From positions 1 through 12,811 of IMG/VR virus record IMGVR_UViG_2778261572_000006: 12,811 bases of DNA. One strand, 5' to 3'. Positions 1 through 6,991 of this stretch are shown here, piece after piece. The position numbers and the translations under genes were made by a program. A model generated the notes under the pieces. It ran no database searches. It was not told where the DNA came from and saw only the letters and a program-made list of their open reading frames with translations. The stretch's first letter is position 1, and each line of letters opens with the position of its first letter. Origin of the DNA: a virus (taxonomy: Duplodnaviria > Heunggongvirae > Uroviricota > Caudoviricetes).

Positions 1-5
1 GTAAT

Positions 6-188
6 TTAAAAACGGTTCTGTGAAAGTGACACGAACCGATCTCCATCGATGTTACGGGCGACCGCCTCCTGCTGGTCTTCCGGGTAAAGGGAAATCAGTG
101 TCGCCTTGCGTTCGGCAAGAATGGTTTCAAAATCCAGCTCCTCGACCACATCCGGTGCGGGTAGCTGGTTCAGGTCGATAATCGGCAT
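6..188 (-). pseudogene. J: Baseplate assembly protein J (P2 gpJ-like), N-terminal fragment only: about 45 gpJ-like codons, then divergent sequence and an in-frame stop at 6..8
   Basis: Translation MPIIDLNQLPAPDVVEELDFETILAERKATLISLYPEDQQEAVAR matches the N-terminus of P2 gpJ as I remember it. The ORF ends after 60 codons, whereas gpJ-family proteins are about 300 aa. The start is 5 nt downstream of the W stop, as in P2 (V-W-J order). Confidence 0.65.
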
Positions 189-192
189 GGTT

Positions 193-540
193 TCAACTCA
201 CAGGGATGGTTAACGAAAGTGGCTGGCCGGTGTCGTTGTGCTGGCCGGTTAACGTGACCGTCATTCGCCCGTCAAAACTGCGCGCCGTGGTGACAGATGA
301 CAGCGTGACGCGGGGTTCCCATTTCAGCACCGCCATGTAACAGGCGACCTTAATCTGCAACTCAAGCGCCGGGGTCTGCGGCTGGTCAATCATTGACGCC
401 AGCAACGAGCCGTAATCACGACGCATCACCCGTGAGCCGACCGGTGTGCGCAGGATATCGCCGATACTCTGGCTGATATGCTCAAGGTCAGTGACCGTCA
501 GGCCATCACTGCGATTCATTCCGAGATAACGCGCTGTCAT
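193..540 (-). CDS. W: Baseplate wedge protein W (P2 gpW, gp25-like)
   Basis: The 115-aa product (MTARYLGMNRSDGLTVTDLEHISQSIGDILRTPVGSRVMRRDYGSLLASMIDQPQ...) matches remembered P2 gpW in length and sequence. Its start overlaps the V stop (ATGA-type coupling) and synteny is V-W-J. Confidence 0.9.
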   Translation of the reverse strand: MTARYLGMNRSDGLTVTDLEHISQSIGDILRTPVGSRVMRRDYGSLLASMIDQPQTPALELQIKVACYMAVLKWEPRVTLSSVTTARSFDGRMTVTLTGQHNDTGQPLSLTIPVS

Positions 541-1172
541 AGAGGGCTCCCGGTTGTGCCGCCGCTGTCGCCGGGGTGTTTATGGGTATGCAGTACCTTA
601 CCGTTTGATGAGAGTTCACCGCCGGTGTGTTCAATGTTGCCGCGCATCGTCCCGCCCTTCTGCACTTCCAGCGTGCCGGTAATCAGCCTGTTGGTGCAAA
701 CCACCTCCGGTGTGTCCAGGGTGACGCGGGTTGATGCTTTCACCATGACCACCGGCACCGTGGCAGTAACAGAATCAGAAGCCGTCACGCTGGCCGTTTT
801 AATTCCGCTTGCCGTGAGTGCACTGGTTTCGGGTTCATACTCAATCACCGCCCCGTCAGGGAAACGGATATGCAGGGCATCCGCCGACGCAGACGGCGCG
901 GGGTTATCGCCGGAATAAATCCCCGGCAGAACGAACGCCGTGTCGAGTTCACCGCCCACAGCCAGAATCAGCACCTGTTCCCCCACGGAAGGTGCCCACC
1001 ATGTGCGCGAACGTCCGGCGCGATGGGTCAGCCACTGAAGCCAGTCGGTGCACATGCCACCGGTCTGCACACGGCAGCGACCGGCTTTAAGGTTGGTTTC
1101 GACGACAAGGCCGGTACGAATCATGTTGCGCAGTGCGCGCGCGAGTTCCTGAATATTTGCGAGAGTGTTCAT
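537..1172 (-). CDS. V: Baseplate spike/hub protein V (P2 gpV)
   Basis: The ORF 537..1190 contains MNTLANIQELARALRNMIRTGLVVET..., which matches the P2 gpV N-terminus from the 7th codon. I take the ATG at 1172 as the start (211 aa); the upstream ATG at 1190 is a less likely alternative. Confidence 0.85.
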   Translation of the reverse strand: MNTLANIQELARALRNMIRTGLVVETNLKAGRCRVQTGGMCTDWLQWLTHRAGRSRTWWAPSVGEQVLILAVGGELDTAFVLPGIYSGDNPAPSASADALHIRFPDGAVIEYEPETSALTASGIKTASVTASDSVTATVPVVMVKASTRVTLDTPEVVCTNRLITGTLEVQKGGTMRGNIEHTGGELSSNGKVLHTHKHPGDSGGTTGSPL

Positions 1173-1255
1173 GCGTGTGAGATTGCACAATATATAAAAG
1201 TTATGCTATCTGGATTCATTTGTAGAACGACCATACAACATTCGAGGAGAGCGTA
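1173..1255. promoter_or_regulatory. Divergent intergenic region between V (minus) and the AT-rich gene (plus); candidate Ogr-type late promoter for V with a partial TGT-N11-ACA dyad at 1221..1237
   Basis: An 83-bp AT-rich spacer lies between two divergent start codons. TGT at 1221..1223 and ACA at 1235..1237 resemble the P2 late-promoter TGT-N12-ACA element, but the spacing is off by one. A GAGGAG Shine-Dalgarno sits 6 nt before the ATG at 1256. Confidence 0.3.
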
Positions 1256-2041
1256 ATGTTCAGTGATAATGTGACTAATGCGTGGTGGTTTATCTCTTTG
1301 TATCTATTTTTATTAATAGCATTAACATTTATTACCTTTGGTAAAAGTAATCTTATGAGGTTTATTGCACATTATTTCAATTTTGAGTATTCAGACAGAA
1401 AGTTAAAAATGCTCGACAAAAAATGGCGCGACATTCAACTATTTAAAATAATTAACGGAATCAATGTATCAGGCATCGAAGATGTGAGAATGATACAGCA
1501 GGGGCTGATTGATGGAAAACTAAAAACATCGTATTTTTTTCTTACTCGCTTCTGGGGTGACATAACAAAACCACCACACATAATTAAAACAATAATTGTA
1601 ATTCTGTCCAGCATTATTTATATTCTCTTCGCATGTTATATACACAACAAACAATCCGCTATAGTAAGAGATGCCATAGGCATACCATATAAAAAGATGA
1701 TGTACTATGTTTATAGTGACAAAGTTCTTTTATCCTTCAACAATAAAACAGTTGAATTCAATAAAACTTATAGCCTTGCCGATTGCAAGAGGCTACGAAA
1801 CGTATTTATAAAAGACACACTTCCTGAGATCGCCTGCAATAAGCTCTTACAGCTAAACGAGGAGGACTCGGAATGGTTAAGTCAGGAGATTAAAGATAAT
1901 AACAGCCAAAAAAAAGCATTATTAATAATATCCCTCATCTATTTCATTTCAGGTCTGGTTATATTCCTGTCATATACAAAATTCCTTTACGCCAATAAGA
2001 AGGTTGTAGAATACAAAGCATCAAATAAAAATCACTCATAA
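1256..2041 (+). CDS. AT-rich predicted integral membrane protein (three hydrophobic segments), function unknown; moron at the position of P2 orf30 (between S and V)
   Basis: A 261-codon ORF with a GAGGAG RBS 6 nt upstream. Hydrophobic stretches WWFISLYLFLLIALTFITF, IIKTIIVILSSIIYILFACYI and ALLIISLIYFISGLVIFLSY. Codon usage is very AT-rich (many AAA/AAT/ATT/TTA), unlike the flanking P2 genes. It is followed by a hairpin terminator. Confidence 0.6.
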   Translation: MFSDNVTNAWWFISLYLFLLIALTFITFGKSNLMRFIAHYFNFEYSDRKLKMLDKKWRDIQLFKIINGINVSGIEDVRMIQQGLIDGKLKTSYFFLTRFWGDITKPPHIIKTIIVILSSIIYILFACYIHNKQSAIVRDAIGIPYKKMMYYVYSDKVLLSFNNKTVEFNKTYSLADCKRLRNVFIKDTLPEIACNKLLQLNEEDSEWLSQEIKDNNSQKKALLIISLIYFISGLVIFLSYTKFLYANKKVVEYKASNKNHS

Positions 2042-2046
2042 ACCTC

Positions 2047-2086
2047 TAAACATTGAGCGACCAGCATGGCCGCTCAATGTTTAATT
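2047..2086. terminator. Bidirectional intrinsic terminator hairpin between convergent genes
   Basis: Perfect inverted repeat CATTGAGCG (2051..2059) and CGCTCAATG (2071..2079) with an 11-nt loop, extendable to a 13-bp stem (2047..2059 pairing 2071..2083). It is flanked by TTTAATT on the plus strand and an A/T run on the other side, and lies between the stop at 2041 (plus) and the stop at 2113 (minus). Confidence 0.6.
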
Positions 2087-2206
2087 GCGCATCAGCCTCT
2101 GCCTGGATAAAACTAACGCTCAAGGTGAGCCAGGATAATCTCTTCAATCATCTGCACATCCTCACCGGTAAAGCCGAGCAGAGGACGCGCCGGATAATCA
2201 ATTTTC

Positions 2207-2683
2207 TTACCGTCTTTCCGGTTTTCTTCCGACAGACCGAACTGATGCACACTGGCGATTTTCGGTGACTTTCCGCCGTAAAACTCCATTGATGCCTGTT
2301 CCGGGCTGGCGCGGATAACGCGCCCACAGGTCCAGCGTTTTGTAGCGGATATAAAAATCGAAGTTAATCTGGTCGCATTCGTACTTGTTTGACGCCAGCT
2401 TCGAGAAGTCCTTCGGCTGACGCTCGGTGCCACCGGCGGTGTCGGTGGTGCTGGCGATGGAGCCGGTGACACCAATACCAATTTTTTCCCCTTTCATTTC
2501 GCTGACCGGCACAATGTTGATGCGGGTCAGAAAATCAGAGGACTCCTGCATGGTGTTCATCAGGGTCTGGGTGACCGACGGTTCAACGGTGAATTTTTTC
2601 GACACATCACCGGCGTCGATGCCGTTCAGTTCGGCAACACGGGACAGGTAGGCATTAAATTTAAAGCGGGTTTCCTGGCGCAT
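2207..2683 (-). pseudogene. N: Major capsid protein N (P2 gpN), 5' fragment: first ~123 codons intact, then out-of-frame or unrelated sequence and a stop
   Basis: Translation MRQETRFKFNAYLSRVAELNGIDAGDVSKKFTVEPSVTQTLMNTMQESSDFLTRINIVPVSEMKGEKIGIGVTGSIASTTDTAGGTERQPKDFSKLASNKYECDQINFDFYIRYKTLDLWARY matches remembered P2 gpN. gpN is about 357 aa, but only about 570 bp exist between the start (2683) and the terminator (about 2110), so the gene cannot be complete. The expected downstream genes M, L, X, lysis, R and S are absent. Confidence 0.75.
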
Positions 2684-2741
2684 AGTTTTTCCTGAAATTA
2701 AGGGTTAATCGTGAAGGTTTTCCCGGACTGACTGACGCCGG

Positions 2742-3596
2742 TCAGCAGTTCGTCATCAGGGCGTCACCGCCACCGCCGGTGGCCTTGCTGCGGCGCTGCT
2801 GGGTCAGACTTTCGGTGTGGTCGAGGCTGTTTTTCAGGCGGGTGAATGCCTGGCTGGTTTCATCCGCCCTGTCAGTCACATCCTGCTTAAGTGCGGAAAA
2901 GGCGGTTTCCATCTCAGCGAGGCGCTGCTCAGTGGCGCTCAGTTTTTCCTGCACATGTTCAGCAACAGCGGTCACCGCTTCATGCACGTCATTCAGACGG
3001 GCGTCATCGCTGGCCTGTTTGCGGCCAAAAATGGATTTCACCTTTTCGGTCAGGGCGGTGAACACGGTTTCAGGCAGGTCTTCAAATTCCAGCTCAACAG
3101 GCGTTGCCACTGAAATCAGGTTTTCAGGGCTTAATTTGAAGCGGTTCAGGGGGTTGTGTTTTGCCGTGCGGCAGAATTCCAGGTATTCCGTGCCGAGGCT
3201 TGCCGGGTCATCGGTGACGGCCAGCCCCACCAGATAACATTTGCCGGTGTTGGCAAAGTTCGGCTGAATTTCCATTGAGGTGTAGACCTTCTGCGCGGCC
3301 TTGTTCATCGCGATAAGGTCATCGGTCGGGGTGATTTTCGCAAACAGCGCCCATTTGCCTTTCAGCGCCGAATCATCGTCAATCTTTTCGGCCTTCAGTT
3401 CGACCACATCGCCATAACGCTTAAAAATACCGTCAGGCAGGATGCCGCGCAGATGTTCCAGGTTAATGCGGCAACCATAGACTCGCGGGTCAAAGGTTTC
3501 GGCCATTTCCTGAATATCCTGCGCACTGATGACACGCCCGTCACAGGTGTCACCCTCAACGCCGATACGAAAGAATTTTGAGACTTTTTTTGCCAT
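2742..3596 (-). CDS. O: Capsid scaffolding protein O (P2 gpO)
   Basis: Product from MAKKVSKFFRIGVEGDTCDGRVISAQDIQEMAETFDPRVYG... to ...GGGGDALMTNC (284 aa) matches remembered P2 gpO. The ATG at 3596 is preceded by AGGAGTCCTGACA. The ORF-track start at 3662 is an upstream in-frame extension, not the real start. Confidence 0.9.
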   Translation of the reverse strand: MAKKVSKFFRIGVEGDTCDGRVISAQDIQEMAETFDPRVYGCRINLEHLRGILPDGIFKRYGDVVELKAEKIDDDSALKGKWALFAKITPTDDLIAMNKAAQKVYTSMEIQPNFANTGKCYLVGLAVTDDPASLGTEYLEFCRTAKHNPLNRFKLSPENLISVATPVELEFEDLPETVFTALTEKVKSIFGRKQASDDARLNDVHEAVTAVAEHVQEKLSATEQRLAEMETAFSALKQDVTDRADETSQAFTRLKNSLDHTESLTQQRRSKATGGGGDALMTNC

Positions 3597-3769
3597 TGTC
3601 AGGAGTCCTGAATAGTGATTAGAGGAGTCACATGTCGGCATCAGTTTCCCGACGATGCGCATCCTCCGCCATCAGTCCCGGATGGCTTATCACTGACACA
3701 ACAGCACCTTAGCGAATCGCGGGGCGCGACTCAGTAGCCTTGCCGTGTATTCATCACGGCGAGGTATTC
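3597..3769. promoter_or_regulatory. Divergent O/P intergenic region (expected site of P2 late promoters PO and PP); contains the dyad GTCGG-N10-CCGAC at 3634..3653
   Basis: A 173-bp spacer lies between divergent start codons of O (minus) and P (plus). A perfect 5-bp inverted repeat with a 10-nt spacer is seen directly. Assignment as Ogr-dependent late promoters is by synteny with P2 only. Confidence 0.35.
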
Positions 3770-5542
3770 ATGACCATCACCACAGACACCACTCTTTTAC
3801 ACGACCCGCGTCGTCAGGCGGCGCTGCTGTACTGGCAGGGATTTTCCGTGCCGCAGATTGCCACCATGTTGCAGATGAAACGCCCGACGGTGCAGAGCTG
3901 GAAACAGCGCGACGGCTGGGACAGCGTTGCCCCCATCAGCCGTGTCGAAATGAGTCTGGAAGCGCGGCTGACCCAGCTCATCATCAAACCGCAGAAAACC
4001 GGCGGTGACTTCAAGGAAATTGACCTGCTCGGACGCCAGATTGAACGACTGGCACGGGTCAACCGCTACAGCCAGACCGGCAACGAGGCAGACCTTAATC
4101 CGAACGTCGCTAACCGCAACAAAGGCGGGCGGCGCAAACCGAAAAAGAATTTTTTCAGTGACGAGGCCATCGAAAAGCTGGAGCAGATTTTCTTTGAGCA
4201 GTCTTTCGAATATCAGTTGCACTGGTATCGCGCCGGGCTTGAGCACCGCATCCGCGATATCCTGAAATCCCGCCAGATTGGCGCGACGTTTTATTTTTCC
4301 CGCGAGGCGCTGCTGCGCGCCCTGAAAACCGGTCATAACCAGATTTTTCTGTCGGCCAGTAAAACGCAGGCGTATGTGTTCCGCGAATACATCATCGCCT
4401 TTGCCCGGCTGGTTGACGTTGACCTGACCGGTGACCCAATTGTCCTGGGCAATAACGGCGCAAAACTGATTTTTCTCGGCACCAACTCCAACACCGCGCA
4501 GAGCCATAACGGCGACCTGTACGTCGACGAGATTTTCTGGATCCCGAATTTTCAGGTGCTCCGTAAGGTGGCATCAGGTATGGCCTCACAGAGTCACCTG
4601 CGCTCGACCTATTTCTCCACCCCGTCCACGCTGGCGCACGACGCCTACCCGTTCTGGTCCGGTGAACTGTTTAACCGGGGACGCGCCAGCGCCGCCGAAC
4701 GCGTGGAAATCGACGTCAGTCATAACGCCCTTGCCGGTGGGCTTCTCTGTGCGGACGGCCAGTGGCGGCAGATTGTCACCATTGAGGACGCCCTGAAAGG
4801 CGGCTGCACATTGTTCGACATTGAGCAGCTTAAACGCGAAAACAGCGCCGACGATTTTAAAAACCTGTTCATGTGTGAATTTGTTGACGACAAGGCGTCG
4901 GTGTTCCCGTTCGAGGAGCTGCAACGCTGCATGGTCGACACGCTGGAAGAATGGGAAGACTATGCGCCGTTTGCCGCGAATCCGTTCGGCTCCCGCCCGG
5001 TATGGATTGGTTACGACCCGTCACACCGTGGCGACAGCGCCGGATGCGTGGTGCTGGCACCGCCGGTGGTGGCCGGTGGCAAATTCAGAATACTTGAGCG
5101 TCACCAGTGGAAAGGCATGGACTTTGCCACTCAGGCGGAATCCATCCGCAAACTCACCGAAAAATACAACGTCGAATACATCGGTATTGATGCCACCGGC
5201 CTCGGTGTCGGCGTGTTCCAGCTCGTGCGCTCGTTCTATCCCGCCGCGCGCGATATCCGCTACACACCGGAAATGAAAACCGCAATGGTGCTCAAGGCAA
5301 AAGACGTTATCCGCCGTGGCTGTCTGGAATATGACGTCAGCGCCACCGACATCACCAGCTCGTTTATGGCTATCCGCAAGACCATGACCAGCAGCGGACG
5401 CAGCGCCACCTATGAGGCCAGCCGCAGCGAGGAAGCCAGCCACGCCGACCTCGCCTGGGCGACCATGCACGCCCTGTTAAATGAGCCACTCACCGCCGGT
5501 ATCAGCACCCCACTGACATCCACCATTCTGGAGTTTTACTGA
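3770..5542 (+). CDS. P: Terminase large (ATPase) subunit P (P2 gpP)
   Basis: Product MTITTDTTLLHDPRRQAALLYWQGFSVPQIATMLQMKRPT... (590 aa) matches remembered P2 gpP. A GAGG RBS precedes the ATG at 3770, and the stop overlaps the Q start by 1 nt. The ORF-track start at 3740 is an upstream extension. Confidence 0.9.
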   Translation: MTITTDTTLLHDPRRQAALLYWQGFSVPQIATMLQMKRPTVQSWKQRDGWDSVAPISRVEMSLEARLTQLIIKPQKTGGDFKEIDLLGRQIERLARVNRYSQTGNEADLNPNVANRNKGGRRKPKKNFFSDEAIEKLEQIFFEQSFEYQLHWYRAGLEHRIRDILKSRQIGATFYFSREALLRALKTGHNQIFLSASKTQAYVFREYIIAFARLVDVDLTGDPIVLGNNGAKLIFLGTNSNTAQSHNGDLYVDEIFWIPNFQVLRKVASGMASQSHLRSTYFSTPSTLAHDAYPFWSGELFNRGRASAAERVEIDVSHNALAGGLLCADGQWRQIVTIEDALKGGCTLFDIEQLKRENSADDFKNLFMCEFVDDKASVFPFEELQRCMVDTLEEWEDYAPFAANPFGSRPVWIGYDPSHRGDSAGCVVLAPPVVAGGKFRILERHQWKGMDFATQAESIRKLTEKYNVEYIGIDATGLGVGVFQLVRSFYPAARDIRYTPEMKTAMVLKAKDVIRRGCLEYDVSATDITSSFMAIRKTMTSSGRSATYEASRSEEASHADLAWATMHALLNEPLTAGISTPLTSTILEFY

Positions 5543-6576
5543 TGAGCAAGAAAAAAGGGAAAACACCGCAACCTGCGGCAAAAACAATGACCGCCAGCGC
5601 CCCGAAAATGGAGGCATTCACCTTTGGTGAGCCGGTGCCGGTACTCGACCGCCGTGACATTCTGGATTACGTCGAGTGCATCAGTAACGGCAGATGGTAT
5701 GAGCCGCCGGTCAGCTTTACCGGTCTGGCGAAAAGCCTGCGTGCTGCCGTGCATCACAGCTCGCCGATTTACGTCAAACGCAATATTCTGGCCTCGACAT
5801 TTATCCCGCATCCGTGGCTTTCCCAGCAGGATTTCAGCCGCTTTGTGCTGGATTTTCTGGTGTTCGGTAATGCGTTTCTGGAAAAGCGTTACAGCACCAC
5901 CGGTAAGGTCATCAGACTGGAAACCTCACCGGCAAAATATACCCGCCGTGGCGTGGAGGAGGATGTTTACTGGTGGGTGCCGTCCTTCAACGAGCCGACA
6001 GCCTTCGCGCCCGGCTCCGTGTTTCACCTGCTGGAGCCGGATATCAATCAGGAGCTGTACGGCCTGCCGGAATATCTCAGCGCCCTTAACTCTGCCTGGC
6101 TGAATGAGTCGGCCACGCTGTTCCGCCGCAAGTATTACGAAAACGGCGCACATGCCGGATACATCATGTACGTCACCGATGCCGTGCAGGATCGCAACGA
6201 TATCGAAATGCTTCGCGAAAACATGGTGAAATCGAAAGGCCGCAACAACTTTAAAAACCTGTTTCTCTATGCCCCGCAGGGAAAAGCCGACGGCATTAAA
6301 ATTATCCCGCTCAGTGAAGTGGCGACGAAGGACGATTTTTTTAATATCAAAAAAGCCAGTGCCGCAGACCTGCTGGACGCGCACCGCATCCCCTTTCAGT
6401 TGATGGGCGGCAAACCGGAGAACGTCGGGTCGCTGGGCGATATTGAGAAAGTAGCAAAGGTCTTTGTCCGCAATGAGCTTATCCCGTTACAGGACAGGAT
6501 CCGCGAGATAAACGGCTGGCTCGGTCAGGAGGTCATCCGATTTAAAAACTACTCACTGGACACTGACAACGGCTGA
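5542..6576 (+). CDS. Q: Portal protein Q (P2 gpQ)
   Basis: The 344-aa product MSKKKGKTPQPAAKTMTASAPKMEAFTFGEPVPVLDRRDILDYVECISNGRWYEPP... matches remembered P2 gpQ. It is translationally coupled to P and followed by a terminator and the cos site, as in P2. Confidence 0.9.
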   Translation: MSKKKGKTPQPAAKTMTASAPKMEAFTFGEPVPVLDRRDILDYVECISNGRWYEPPVSFTGLAKSLRAAVHHSSPIYVKRNILASTFIPHPWLSQQDFSRFVLDFLVFGNAFLEKRYSTTGKVIRLETSPAKYTRRGVEEDVYWWVPSFNEPTAFAPGSVFHLLEPDINQELYGLPEYLSALNSAWLNESATLFRRKYYENGAHAGYIMYVTDAVQDRNDIEMLRENMVKSKGRNNFKNLFLYAPQGKADGIKIIPLSEVATKDDFFNIKKASAADLLDAHRIPFQLMGGKPENVGSLGDIEKVAKVFVRNELIPLQDRIREINGWLGQEVIRFKNYSLDTDNG

Positions 6577-6580
6577 ACAT

Positions 6581-6604
6581 CGCCGCCTGCGGGCGGCTTT
6601 TTTA
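6581..6604 (+). terminator. Intrinsic terminator downstream of Q
   Basis: GC-rich hairpin GCCGCC-TGCG-GGCGGC (6582..6597) followed immediately by TTTTTT, 5 nt after the Q stop codon. Confidence 0.65.
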
Positions 6605-6746
6605 CACCCCGTCATCACGCCCTCACACGTTCGCCACTGTACAAAACACCCCGCAGACACACCAACGCCCCGGCAGGCCGACTAAACGCCATCACGACGC
6701 GCTCAGACGCTGAAAAAATAAAATCAGCACCACCGCCAGCGCGCAG

Positions 6747-6765
6747 TGCTTTCCCCGCCTCGCCC
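6747..6765. other. P2-type cos site (19-nt cohesive-end sequence, present here as its reverse complement)
   Basis: The plus strand reads GTGCTTTCCCCGCCTCGCC, the exact reverse complement of the P2 cohesive end GGCGAGGCGGGGAAAGCAC as I remember it. It lies about 170 bp downstream of Q, where cos is expected. Confidence 0.7.
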
Positions 6766-6991
6766 GCCCGCTTCATGGGTCGGTTTTGATGCAATTCCAA
6801 AAGCCGTCCTAACTCTCTTAGGCTAAATGTCCAACGAGAAAATAGTTCTTTGAATGTGAATGCATTTTAATGCAGAGTTATGCCCAGCATTTTTGTACAC
6901 TTCGATGTATCAAATGCGCTGCAAACGATCAAATATGGATGTTTTATCAAGCATCCCCCAAAAGATATTTACATCATCCCATGAGGTTAAG

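Noticed and set aside
478-1256. Plus-strand ORFs 478..918, 818..1090 and 870..1256 overlapping W and V
   Set aside because: They are antisense to well-supported baseplate genes. Their translations are Arg/Pro/Ala-rich with no recognisable domain and no RBS, typical of spurious open frames in GC-rich coding DNA.
2053-2651. Plus-strand ORFs 2053..2268 and 2427..2651, and the upstream part of minus-strand ORF 2113..2481 (MVLVSPAPSPAPP...)
   Set aside because: They overlap the N fragment in other frames or on the other strand, with proline/arginine-rich low-complexity translations. Only the last ~58 codons of 2113..2481 look protein-like, and these are reported separately.
2779-3237. Plus-strand ORFs 2779..3237 and 2817..3113 inside scaffold gene O
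   Set aside because: Antisense to a confidently identified gene, with no RBS and no motif.
3745-5470. ORFs 3745..4008, 3797..4507, 3814..4062, 4005..4265, 4392..4589, 4586..4924, 4720..4941, 4821..5276, 4869..5060 and 5021..5470 inside terminase gene P
   Set aside because: All are alternative-frame or antisense frames within gpP with low-complexity translations; gpP is full-length and in frame throughout.
5536-6384. ORFs 5536..5811, 5624..6103 and 5926..6384 inside portal gene Q
   Set aside because: Alternative-frame or antisense frames within a full-length portal gene, with no independent signals.
6615-6800. Minus-strand ORF 6615..6800 across the cos site
   Set aside because: It lies across the cos sequence, has no RBS, and its GC-rich low-complexity translation reads as frame noise rather than a gene.
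6860-6991. Longer start for the ParB-like gene at 6860 (44 extra N-terminal codons)
   Set aside because: The extension is AT-rich leader-like sequence with no RBS before 6860, whereas the ATG at 6992 has a GAGGT RBS and the conserved domain begins right after it. The start at 6992 is preferred but remains a prediction.
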